From Dehalococcoidia bacterium (lineage in GTDB: Bacteria; Chloroflexota; Dehalococcoidia; Lucifugimonadales; VXLM01), in assembly GCA_963662435.1 (NCBI GenBank), contig OY759598.1, forward strand, positions 62,001-126,000: a stretch of DNA of 64,000 bases. Reading direction: 5' to 3'. Positions 50,322 through 59,327 of this stretch are shown here, one piece after another (positions within the stretch are counted from its first letter, which is position 1; the number at the start of each line of letters is the position of its first letter). A program made the position numbers and the translations under genes. The notes beneath the pieces are model-generated. The model did no database searches. It was not told where the DNA came from and worked only from the letters and a program-made list of their open reading frames with translations.

Positions 50322-51722
50322 CACCACACGTCTCCATCGCGTCAATGGGCCGCGAGCCGTGGACGCGACCAGGCCGTTGTCTCGCAACTCCTCCAATGTC
50401 GTTCGCACCTGACGCTCGCTGACCTCGGGACCCAGACGCGCGTGAATCTCGCGGCGCGTCAAGCCGTCCTCCACGCCTTCCAGAAGTGCGAGTATCGTCT
50501 CCCGTCGTTCTTCAGGCCCGCTCACGCCGCTGGTAGTAGGTCGTGGGACGAACCGTCCATGCCGGAATCGCACGGTGACGGCCCCGCCGTCATCCTCAAT
50601 CTCCGGGACCGGAAGCCCGGCGCTGTTCGTGAGCTCGGCCATCTTCAGCGTTCCGCTGCCCCATTCCTCGATGATCCCGCGCCGGTAGAAGGTGCGAGCA
50701 ATCAACGGATTCCACGGGCGCGACTCATGCGGGCCAAACAGCTTCTCCGGCGTCAATCCGAAGTGCAGGGAACCGGAGGATGTGACCTCCAGGCGGTCGT
50801 CGTAGACGGCTATGCCTACCGAGCCGCCGCCGATGGAGTAGTCACGGTGGCACAGAGCATTGGCCAACGCCTCGCGTGTGGCTAGGGGCGGGTACAGGGG
50901 CTCGTCGATCCGCTCGAACCGGTCCTGTTCGAACCGCCCGGCGATAGGCAGGGTGTCGCGCAGGAAGTGCTCTGCGTTCGCTAGTAGCCTGAAGGCGTTG
51001 CCGTTGAACTGGCGGTTGTCCAGGAACTCCATCCGGTCGATCCCACGGAAACGAGCGACGCGCAGCAGGCACTGCGGCATCTCGAACTCCAGCCGCTCCG
51101 TGCTGCCGAAAAGCACCGCCGCCGCCCGAAGCAGCACGCCGTCGCGCAGAAGGCCGAGTCCGCGCAGTAGGTCGGTCGGTTCTCCACCTACCGGCTCCTC
51201 CAATCTCCCCCGTCGTACCGCCTCCGCAACCGTCCGCCGAATCTCCGCTGCGTCGAGGTCGTCTATAGACCACCCGGAGGCGGGCTGGTTCTCCCAGCGC
51301 TGCTCGCTGTGCATCCGCTCGAAGAGCATTCGGTTGTACTCGTCGGCAGACATTGCCAGCGTCGTGTTCCCCACTCGCCGATACGCCGTGCCGCGGTAGG
51401 AGTAGGGCCTCGACGCTCCCTGGCCCGTGCTGACCACGACAACTTCACGGCCGCCGTCCACCGGGATTCGCTCGACCGTCGGAAACGCCGGAGGGTCGAT
51501 CTGCCGAAGCTCGGCGCTCAACTCCTCGATGGTGCGTTCGCTGACCTGCTGGCCCACCACAGCTCCGTCCGGCGTGACACCGAACAACACCTGCCCGCCG
51601 CCCTGGTTCAGGAAGGCGCACACCGTCATGGCCGCCTCCCGTCGCGTCCCTGTCGTGGCCTTGAACTCCAGCGTCTCGGATTCGCCCCGCGAGACTAAGG
51701 CTGCAATCTGTTCAAGAGTCAT
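50310..51722 (-). CDS. Schlafen/AlbA_2 - RecG-C-like (HATPase_c_4) - wHTH protein
   Basis: [50 protein letters not shown]-terminal wHTH. Confidence 0.9.
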   Translation of the reverse strand: MTLEQIAALVSRGESETLEFKATTGTRREAAMTVCAFLNQGGGQVLFGVTPDGAVVGQQVSERTIEELSAELRQIDPPAFPTVERIPVDGGREVVVVSTGQGASRPYSYRGTAYRRVGNTTLAMSADEYNRMLFERMHSEQRWENQPASGWSIDDLDAAEIRRTVAEAVRRGRLEEPVGGEPTDLLRGLGLLRDGVLLRAAAVLFGSTERLEFEMPQCLLRVARFRGIDRMEFLDNRQFNGNAFRLLANAEHFLRDTLPIAGRFEQDRFERIDEPLYPPLATREALANALCHRDYSIGGGSVGIAVYDDRLEVTSSGSLHFGLTPEKLFGPHESRPWNPLIARTFYRRGIIEEWGSGTLKMAELTNSAGLPVPEIEDDGGAVTVRFRHGRFVPRPTTSGVSGPEERRETILALLEGVEDGLTRREIHARLGPEVSERQVRTTLEELRDNGLVASTARGPLTRWRRVVGAG

Positions 51723-51733
51723 AACGTTCCAGG

Positions 51734-53695
51734 TCAAAGGAGTTGATTCAGCGCGTCAAATGCTCGCTGAAATCGGTCTAAGGTCTCGTCAGTAAACTCC
51801 TCCTCAAGTGAGCCGATGTTCTCACTCAAGTACCGAGCGGGGCGATAGTGATTGAACTGCACATTCTTAGGAAGAGAATGCTTCTCAAGGCGCTTCTCAA
51901 TCCGTTGGAGGATTCTAGGAAGTGTTGAAGAAAGCTGACCTAATTTCAGAGAGGCAGTGAATTCACTGTTCACCAGCTTCAGATAGAACTCTGGATCAAA
52001 CATGTCCTCTATATCGGCTTCACTAGCGTCAGTGAAATCTGCGAAAGTCATGACTTGGTGCTTCTTCAGCATCTTACTCTTGTAGAGGTTCTCTATACTC
52101 TGCTGGCCCTGTTTCTGAAAGTCGATGAGAACGGCAACATTCAGGTTAGTCTGTGCCCCAATCAATGCGACGAATGTTGGTACCTTGTCTGCTCCGCCAA
52201 CGGGGGTGATTATCCAATCGGGACTCAAGCCGCGTTGACCTCGTCTTTGAAGAACGGCAGACAGGGTTTGTATGTAGAGCAAATCGGAAACGCCTTCGAC
52301 GATCAAACAGTTTGGGCCGATGAAGAGTGATTGATGGATCTCGTATCCGAGAGCACCTTGAAGTGGGAATAGGCTGTCGGGTGTTGCCTCAAGCACATCT
52401 GTTGAAACCTTAGTGCCCTGCTGTTCCACAGGCAGATCGCCCGAGGCGACCTCGATACTCAAGTCTTGGACTATTCGCACGCGATCTAAGTGCCCTGAAT
52501 CAACCATGAACGGTGAATGAGTCGTGTATAGGAGCTGATGGTGTGGTTTCAATTCCTCTTCAAAATAGCTAAGGAGGTCTCCTTGCGCCCTTCCATGGAG
52601 AGATAAACCCGGTTCGTCGAGAAGCAGGATAAGCTGCTGGCTTTCCTTTTGAAGTTTCGAGTACCAAGCGAGGAACGAGAAAAACCAGACGAAGCCCCGG
52701 GAGCGCGTTCCAAGCGGCGTACTTACCATGTGCTTCGTATCCTGAACGCGTCCCAAAATGTTCGTACCAGAAGTCATGCCGGGACCATCGCCTGGCTGTG
52801 CTGGACGGATGTCGAACTTCATGCGGAGGTGTTTGTTCTGAGACCAATAGTTCAGAACCTTCTGGGTGAGTCGGTTTTCCGCAGCTTCAAGACGTGCGAT
52901 CAGTGCTTCCGTTCGTCCCGGAGTAACAAGATCATCCAACCTCAGTCCTGCGAGATCAATCAGTCCGATGAGCGGGTGGTCAGATTCTTCGAGGGCATTG
53001 CTGTCGACACGCTGCTTGAGTGCGTCGAGATTGTCTTGCCCTTTCATCTGGTAATATTCGTCGAAATAGAGAAACTTGGGCAACCTATCCTCAATGATTT
53101 TGTCAAAGATATATCGAGGCATCCCGTACTCGGCGATACCCTTGAGAATGGGTGTAAGGTGCTGTACTGCTTCGGTCTGCTCCGCCTCGGAAAGCACCTT
53201 GACCATGTCGTCGACCGAGTCTAACTGGCTCAACTCACTGGTGACTTGTTGTGTGAGATCCGTGGCTTCCAATAGGTGGCTCAGAGCCTTTTTGCAGTTG
53301 ATCTCTAGGTTACTTACTTCAAGCTGATTCCCATATCCCTTTCGAAGGGTCACTACAGGTGCATTGTCATCAAAACAGGTGGAGCCATACACGCTCTTGA
53401 TGGCGGAAACATCCTCCGGTTCAAGTTCGTATGTAGCGTGAACAACCGTAGCTTGTTCACGCCTGCCAGCCTTGACCTGTTCCTCATAATCAGACACTGA
53501 ACTGCGGGGGTAGTCATCTGTAGCATCGAAACCTCCTTCGGTTTCGATGATCGGATTCAAGCGGTATAAGGCTTTGAGCAAGGCGGTCTTACCTGCCTCA
53601 TTCTTTCCGACGAGGCAGGTCACATCTCCGACATCGAATTCGTTTGAGTCCATTACGCTCTGGAAGTTCTGGATGCGGACTTTCCTCAGTAGCAT
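51734..53695 (-). CDS. OLD-like ABC-ATPase + TOPRIM nuclease
   Basis: IQNFQS, GKNEAGKT, RSRGF, LLLDEPG..LH, TTHSPF; TOPRIM IVEGVSD, GGADK, IDFQ, IEDMF. Confidence 0.85.
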   Translation of the reverse strand: MLLRKVRIQNFQSVMDSNEFDVGDVTCLVGKNEAGKTALLKALYRLNPIIETEGGFDATDDYPRSSVSDYEEQVKAGRREQATVVHATYELEPEDVSAIKSVYGSTCFDDNAPVVTLRKGYGNQLEVSNLEINCKKALSHLLEATDLTQQVTSELSQLDSVDDMVKVLSEAEQTEAVQHLTPILKGIAEYGMPRYIFDKIIEDRLPKFLYFDEYYQMKGQDNLDALKQRVDSNALEESDHPLIGLIDLAGLRLDDLVTPGRTEALIARLEAAENRLTQKVLNYWSQNKHLRMKFDIRPAQPGDGPGMTSGTNILGRVQDTKHMVSTPLGTRSRGFVWFFSFLAWYSKLQKESQQLILLLDEPGLSLHGRAQGDLLSYFEEELKPHHQLLYTTHSPFMVDSGHLDRVRIVQDLSIEVASGDLPVEQQGTKVSTDVLEATPDSLFPLQGALGYEIHQSLFIGPNCLIVEGVSDLLYIQTLSAVLQRRGQRGLSPDWIITPVGGADKVPTFVALIGAQTNLNVAVLIDFQKQGQQSIENLYKSKMLKKHQVMTFADFTDASEADIEDMFDPEFYLKLVNSEFTASLKLGQLSSTLPRILQRIEKRLEKHSLPKNVQFNHYRPARYLSENIGSLEEEFTDETLDRFQRAFDALNQLL

Positions 53696-54318
53696 GTGAC
53701 ACCACCTTGCCCTTTGGTTTGAATTAGGAGTTCGTCATTCACCTTTAGGTCCTCCACCCGCATCTCCCCCGTCATCAGTTTGTGCAGCAGCACCCTGAAT
53801 ACATCATTAAGCACTGCTCCCTTTTTCTCGGATGCAAGGATACCCTCATGTACCAACCATAGTACGCCCGCAACCTGCTGCTGTTCCGCAAGGGACAAGG
53901 CGGGAGTCTGGAACTCGCGTATATGCGCCCAGGACGTCCTGGGATGCTGGACACCCGTCGTTCCTGCGACGGCGTACTCCACGAACTCGGGAGAGTGGAC
54001 AGCCGCAGCCAAGAATCGTGGGTCAACGCCCGATTTCGCCCGCAGCACCAGCAACTCCGTCGTGCAAACGCCCGGCTCATCAGCGAGCACGGCTTTGTCG
54101 AGATATGGACGGAGCTTCCCGTATAGCACGTCGCCGGGTTGGAACGCTGATGTGTTGCTCCTCATGTCTGACGCTTTCCCACAGCCAATCCGAACCAGCC
54201 GCCCAGGTGCGAGGTGTTCGAGCCCCAGATACATTGCGTCAGGCCGTGCCCCCGGCCTAACAGGGTCGGCAATCAACTCGCACAGGTCCGCAAGGCGGAC
54301 GGTTGCCCCTGCTATCAC
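53686..54318 (-). CDS. hsdS: Half-size (single TRD) type I specificity subunit
   Basis: [35 protein letters not shown]; 210 aa; coupled to the hsdM stop (GTGA). Confidence 0.85.
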   Translation of the reverse strand: MIAGATVRLADLCELIADPVRPGARPDAMYLGLEHLAPGRLVRIGCGKASDMRSNTSAFQPGDVLYGKLRPYLDKAVLADEPGVCTTELLVLRAKSGVDPRFLAAAVHSPEFVEYAVAGTTGVQHPRTSWAHIREFQTPALSLAEQQQVAGVLWLVHEGILASEKKGAVLNDVFRVLLHKLMTGEMRVEDLKVNDELLIQTKGQGGVTCY

Positions 54319-56165
54319 GCCAAGCTCCTCAGCCGTTGAATTACTGTCTCCAGCTTCGCCGAGACTGCCGCTTCTTCCGCAACCACGGCCTCAAATCGCC
54401 CTATGATGTCGTGAATGTCAGCGTCATCATCACTCCCCGCCTGCCCGACCCATCGACTCGGGCTCAGGTTGTAATCTGCTTCCTTAGCCTGCTCACGGGT
54501 GATGACGGCGATCTCGCCCTCTACCGGCTCGCCCTTGAGGAAGGCAGCAGCTATGGGGCGGATATCCTCCTCCGGGATGTAATTCTTGGGGCGGCCCTTG
54601 CCGACGCGACGGCTTGCATTGACGAGCACGATCTTGTCCTTGCGGGCCTCCGACTTGCGCTTGGACAGCACGACGATGATGCCGGCGGCGTTCGTGTTGT
54701 AGAAGAGGTTGTCCGGCAGCAGAATCACGCCGTCAATCAGGTCCCGCTCCACGAACCACCTACGTATGTTGCGCTCCCTATCCTCATTCTTGCTGCCGGA
54801 GCCGCGCGTCACCGCGCCGGTGTCCAGCACCACGGCGGCCCGCCCGCGCTCGTTCAGGCAGGACAGTGTGTGTTGGAGCCAGGCCCAGTCGCCTTTGCCG
54901 GTGGTGACGCCTCCGGCGATGCGGAAGCGGTCGAACGGGTCGTTCTCGAAGATGTCCTGGTTGAAGTCCTGGTTCCACATCGGATTGGCGACCACTATGT
55001 CGTGGCCGGTGATGCGGCCCGCGGCGTCCTTGAACTTGGGGTTGATCATAGAGTCGCCGCGATCTATCTGGACCTCCATGTCGTGGATGATGGCGTTCAT
55101 GTGGGCGACGGCGTAGCTGTCGGCCTGCAGCTCCTGGCCGTACAGCCTGAGGGGAACGTGGCTGGTGGGGTCGGTCTCACGGGCGACCAGTTGGAGCTTG
55201 ATGAGTAGTCCTGCTGAGCCGCAGGCGTAGTCATGGCACGTCTCGCCGGGCCTGGGGCGCATAATGTGGGCCATGAGGAAGCCGACCTCGGTGGGGGTGA
55301 AAAACTCGCCTGCGCTCTGACCGGAACCTTCGGCGAACTTGCGGAGAAGGTACTCGTAGGCGCGGCCCAGGAAGTCGGGCTGCACATCGGCGAGACCCAG
55401 GCGGTAGCGGGGATCGGAGAAAGTCTCAACTACGGCGGCGAGCCGGGCCGGATGCAGGTCGCGCTCTCCATTGCGCTCCGATGCAAAGTCCACGAGGTCT
55501 ATGACGTCGGAGAGCGTGGGGTTGTAGCGCACGACGGCGCGGACGGCCGTGGTCAGGTGTTCACCGATGTCTCGTGGACGGGTGCTGCGGCCCCCGGCGT
55601 CGAGGGGCCAGTCGTAGGCCTCCCGGCCGTTGACCACGCTCCATCGAGCCTCCGGTGGCAGGTAGAAGCGCAGCAGGTCGTGGTCACTCTCCGCGATCTC
55701 CTGCGCAACTGTCCTGTCTCCAAACTCCTGGGCCAGCCGGTCGACCTCATCGTCGAACACGTCCGAAAGGCGCTTGAGGAAGAGGAGCGGCAGCAGGTAG
55801 TCCTTGAACTTGGCAGCGTCCTTTGCGCCTCTGATCGAGCAGGCGGCGGCCCACAGCATCTGCTCCATAGGCTTGGTGGTGGGAACGGCATCGTTCCGGC
55901 GACGGGACCGTCGGCGGGTCACTTGGGCCGCCGAATCTGCCTCATCAACGGCCGGTTCAGCGTCGTCGATGCCTGCCTCGGCAGCGAGTGCAGCGATAGC
56001 CGTCCGCGCCGCCTTCTGGGGCATCGTCACGCCACCCTCCCAGCGATTCACCGTCGCGAACGACACGCCTAGCCGCTCAGCGAGCTGCTCCTGCGTCAGA
56101 TCCAGTCTCGCACGGATGGCTTGAAGGGTTGGACTGACAGACTGCCTATCTGCTATATTTGCCAT
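54315..56165 (-). CDS. hsdM: XRE-HTH fused type I methyltransferase
   Basis: N-terminal [25 protein letters not shown]...[20 protein letters not shown]. Confidence 0.93.
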   Translation of the reverse strand: MANIADRQSVSPTLQAIRARLDLTQEQLAERLGVSFATVNRWEGGVTMPQKAARTAIAALAAEAGIDDAEPAVDEADSAAQVTRRRSRRRNDAVPTTKPMEQMLWAAACSIRGAKDAAKFKDYLLPLLFLKRLSDVFDDEVDRLAQEFGDRTVAQEIAESDHDLLRFYLPPEARWSVVNGREAYDWPLDAGGRSTRPRDIGEHLTTAVRAVVRYNPTLSDVIDLVDFASERNGERDLHPARLAAVVETFSDPRYRLGLADVQPDFLGRAYEYLLRKFAEGSGQSAGEFFTPTEVGFLMAHIMRPRPGETCHDYACGSAGLLIKLQLVARETDPTSHVPLRLYGQELQADSYAVAHMNAIIHDMEVQIDRGDSMINPKFKDAAGRITGHDIVVANPMWNQDFNQDIFENDPFDRFRIAGGVTTGKGDWAWLQHTLSCLNERGRAAVVLDTGAVTRGSGSKNEDRERNIRRWFVERDLIDGVILLPDNLFYNTNAAGIIVVLSKRKSEARKDKIVLVNASRRVGKGRPKNYIPEEDIRPIAAAFLKGEPVEGEIAVITREQAKEADYNLSPSRWVGQAGSDDDADIHDIIGRFEAVVAEEAAVSAKLETVIQRLRSLA

Positions 56166-56171
56166 GTTTGC

Positions 56172-56201
56172 ATTATAGGTGTGTGTCACCAAATGGGTCA
56201 A
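56172..56201 (-). promoter_or_regulatory. Leaderless promoter of hsdM with a palindrome in the spacer
   Basis: TTGACC-N18-TATAAT-GCAAAC-ATG with no RBS; GGTG-N5-CACC at 56178-56190. Confidence 0.75.
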
Positions 56202-56603
56202 TGGCAGTGGCGACACGGAGGTTGAGATCATCCAGCGGATAGACATCGTCGTACCAGACCACTCTGTCCGTCTAAGTCTTGTAGTCCGATAGGTGGACGA
56301 CAATGGAAATGAACTTCACTCTCCTTGTTATTGCAGCGTCGGCGGGGATGGTAGCCAAGCTTGTCGTCGGCGGGGACCCATGGAAATTGCTGGGCTTCTT
56401 AACTCTAGCGTTTCACTATGCTCCTACTACTTCCATCTTTGCTTGGGGTGGCGTTCGAGAATGATCCGAAGGAAGATAGTACAAGAGACGACGGACACAC
56501 TGATCGACGGTGTTACTGTAGAGATACCGTCCATCCTAGTCGGTGAAGTGGCTGGAGTGTTCCCTGCAACGATTCTGAGTTCCGCACGGAGTCTTTTCAA
56601 GGC

Positions 56604-57605
56604 ATGAACAGCACGGGCAGAGAATACAAAATCGAGGTTCCCGGGATACCGCCAAAGTTGCATTCCACCGCCAAGGAGGACATCGGCAGGCTACTGGACG
56701 CAATCACGAGAGTCGCCGACCGACAGGGGATGCGATTCCTGCTGGACAAGGTTCGTATCACCGACCGATTCGAAGATGACGTGAACCAATTGTTGAACGA
56801 GCACTCAGCTCTTACAGGCTATGTCGCTGCCCGGCGCCATGTCCACGCGATTGGTAAGACCCTCTGGACTCGATCTGAGCAAGGCGACCTCGGCTTTGTG
56901 GTGATTATCGATGCAATTCAGATTGGCCCGTGGGCGCTCAATAATGCTCGGTGTCTGACAACGGTACTCCATGAAGTTACCCACGTACTCCGAGAAGAGC
57001 GCCACCTAGAGCGGCTAGGTGAGGAAGAGTACACGGCGAATGGTGACACTAGGGAGCGGTTGATGGATGGTTGGGCTTGCTTGTTACTCGATGAATTTGA
57101 TGTGGACCGACAAGTAGACGCTATGGTTGGCAGGCTTGCCACTAAGGAGGACGGACAACCCTGGTCTTTGCGAGAGCTCGATGAGGCTCAGGGGTTGGAT
57201 TGGGTTCACGTGTTGCTGGATAGCCTCGATCGATTGCCGCCGTTAGTAGACGAAGAGGTCTGTAGATTTCGGACCCGGGAGATGGGGATCGACGACCTGG
57301 CAATGTCGGTGATTCCCTGTATCAAGGACTCACTTCGGCTGTTGAGCCATACCGCTGCGAGGTACATGGGGACTGATTCTTGGCCAGACATCGTATTGAG
57401 AATTGAGGAGACGGACGCCTCTCAACGGTTCCTGAAGGATCACCTCGACACAATTCTTGCTCATTTCGAGGACGCCCGGCTGCCTCTGGAGGAGTCGGTT
57501 CAGGCTGTCGGCCGAGCAGTAGAAGGGCTATTCCACAACTGCGGCCTCAGGTTTCGGACATATCCCGAGGGCGTATACATCTCAGTCAGTGAGCCATCGG
57601 CCTAG
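56604..57605 (+). CDS. Hypothetical protein with HExxH zincin-like motif
   Basis: TTVLHEVTH...DEF.V; 333-aa ORF divergent from hsdM. Confidence 0.55.
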   Translation: MNSTGREYKIEVPGIPPKLHSTAKEDIGRLLDAITRVADRQGMRFLLDKVRITDRFEDDVNQLLNEHSALTGYVAARRHVHAIGKTLWTRSEQGDLGFVVIIDAIQIGPWALNNARCLTTVLHEVTHVLREERHLERLGEEEYTANGDTRERLMDGWACLLLDEFDVDRQVDAMVGRLATKEDGQPWSLRELDEAQGLDWVHVLLDSLDRLPPLVDEEVCRFRTREMGIDDLAMSVIPCIKDSLRLLSHTAARYMGTDSWPDIVLRIEETDASQRFLKDHLDTILAHFEDARLPLEESVQAVGRAVEGLFHNCGLRFRTYPEGVYISVSEPSA

Positions 57606-57716
57606 CTGGGTGGCCTTGGGATTAAGGCGCGACCGAAGCAGTCGAGCGACCAAGCCCGCAGGACACCGGGAGACCGGAGCCTGGGCTACAGTTCCAGAAC
57701 GAGCCTCATCGCGAAA

Positions 57717-57767
57717 GTTCTTGATTTTATCAAGTCTGGTGGGCCTATTTTGACGATAGACAGAACC
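57717..57767. repeat. att-like site 3: core TGGTGGGCC (57737-57745) with arms
   Basis: GTTCTTGATTTTATCAAGTC-TGGTGGGCC-TATTTTGACGATAGACAGAACC, intergenic. Confidence 0.85.
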
Positions 57768-57937
57768 ATCTTTGAGATGTGGTTGGGGGCGCAATGAGCC
57801 TACCGAGGCAGTCTACCCGGCCAATAACTAAGGAATGACATTGGGGGGCAATTGTTCCCCATGTCATCTAGCGAGCATGGCATCCAATCAGGCGTCACGG
57901 AGCAGTGGCTCACAGTACAGGTCAACATGGGGAAGGC

Positions 57938-59248
57938 TTAGGTAGGCTTAGGCTCACGTTCCTCAACTGCCCACGGCACACGCTCTACCTGCCCCTGCCA
58001 TTCCTGAGCCAAGCGGTTTCCGTATTGGCCGGAATAGCCGAATCTCTTCAGAAGCATCAATTCCACATACCAGAGGCCCAACTCCCGGGCCTGGAAATAG
58101 GTGTCACCGGATGGCGTCTCAAGCTTCATTTCCGAATGAATTAGGTCATTTCGCATCTTGACCAAGGTGTGTGGTCCGTGCCGGAATGTCATGCTATTCG
58201 CTAATTCTTTCAGTTTCTTCAGTTCTGAGGGAATCATTACCGGAATCCCGGCTTCCTTCAGTGCATCCGCTATCCATACCCCTTCCTTCCTATCACCCTT
58301 GGACCTAGCCAATTGATGGGAGAGTCTCTCCAGTGCAGCCTGAGTGAGGACAATGCCACCTTCCAAGCTACGAGCCTCGTTACTTAGGAGATACCACTGA
58401 AGTGCCATCGTCAATGGGTGATGTCCTGGCGCTTTCCAAAGTCGCCTATAGAATCCCGGAAACAGCTCAGCTAGCGTCGTCCCGTGGTTGCGATCGAACC
58501 ACGAACGTTCCCCTGACCAAGGACTCGGACGACTAGCGCTCCACGTCTCCCAGACGCGCTGGCCTTTGTCATTCATGCCAACAACAAGGGTAAGCCCGCA
58601 ATTGGCTCCTCGTGCAAACGAAAGAAATAGGCGTAACAGTTCCATCAGAGGCGGCACCTGGTTCACCGAGAACGACCTCCAATCGGAGCGCCGTATAGAA
58701 CCTTCGTGCGTGAGGCCGTATCCGCCATCGGCGCGTAGTCGCTTAAGTATCTCGCTTGTGTTCTTGAAGGACTTCACCTCAATCACCCACGGCGAGGCTT
58801 CTAGTTTGATAAAGTCGCGCCTCTGATAGCCCCGCCTAAATTCCTCAATGGTCTTCGGAGGTTGATATTCCTCTCCCAAAAACGCTGGGAAGTTAAGTAG
58901 ACCGAATTGTACTTCTGTGAGTTCACCCACAGGCTGCATGGGTGTTACAGGCCCATTGGCTACAGTGAAGGACCCCTTGCAGAGTAGCTCGTCCTTGGTT
59001 CGATCAAACCTGACGAGGTCCGGGTGAGTACTAAAGGTCGCACCAGAGTCCAACGAAATATCAACCGTTCCAGCCGACTCATCGAATTCGGACGGGAGTT
59101 GGACGCTGTCAATTTCAATGCAGATGCGCGGGGTCGGAGATAAACGGAGTATGACCTGAGCGAATACATTGTCGACAGGTGCGGCGTTGATGGTTCGTAT
59201 CGCCGTCTCGGCTACTTTGATCGACCCGTTCGCGCTCCCGGTCAACAT
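57938..59248 (-). CDS. ApeA/YopA-like protein with C-terminal HEPN motif
   Basis: ALERL...RNDLIH (RxxxxH)...LWYVELMLL..FGY.G.Y.NR. Confidence 0.7.
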   Translation of the reverse strand: MLTGSANGSIKVAETAIRTINAAPVDNVFAQVILRLSPTPRICIEIDSVQLPSEFDESAGTVDISLDSGATFSTHPDLVRFDRTKDELLCKGSFTVANGPVTPMQPVGELTEVQFGLLNFPAFLGEEYQPPKTIEEFRRGYQRRDFIKLEASPWVIEVKSFKNTSEILKRLRADGGYGLTHEGSIRRSDWRSFSVNQVPPLMELLRLFLSFARGANCGLTLVVGMNDKGQRVWETWSASRPSPWSGERSWFDRNHGTTLAELFPGFYRRLWKAPGHHPLTMALQWYLLSNEARSLEGGIVLTQAALERLSHQLARSKGDRKEGVWIADALKEAGIPVMIPSELKKLKELANSMTFRHGPHTLVKMRNDLIHSEMKLETPSGDTYFQARELGLWYVELMLLKRFGYSGQYGNRLAQEWQGQVERVPWAVEEREPKPT

Positions 59249-59327
59249 TGATCTCTCCCTAGAGCTTCATGGCCAAGATAGCAATGGACCGAGTCGAGCC
59301 GTACAAACATTGCGTCCGGTCCTAGGA

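Larger units (their letters stand above)
38349..57745. mobile_element. 19.4-kb LSR integrative element / defence island
   Basis: Bounded by direct TGGTGGGCC cores whose inner arms are inverted repeats (17/20); LSR at one end; relaxase-like, TA and R-M cargo. Confidence 0.8.

Noticed and set aside
51551..51559. GGCCCACCA as a fifth, inverted att core (also TGGTGGGCA near 44541)
   Set aside because: Both lie inside intact CDSs and lack the GTTC/GAAC arms; likely chance matches.
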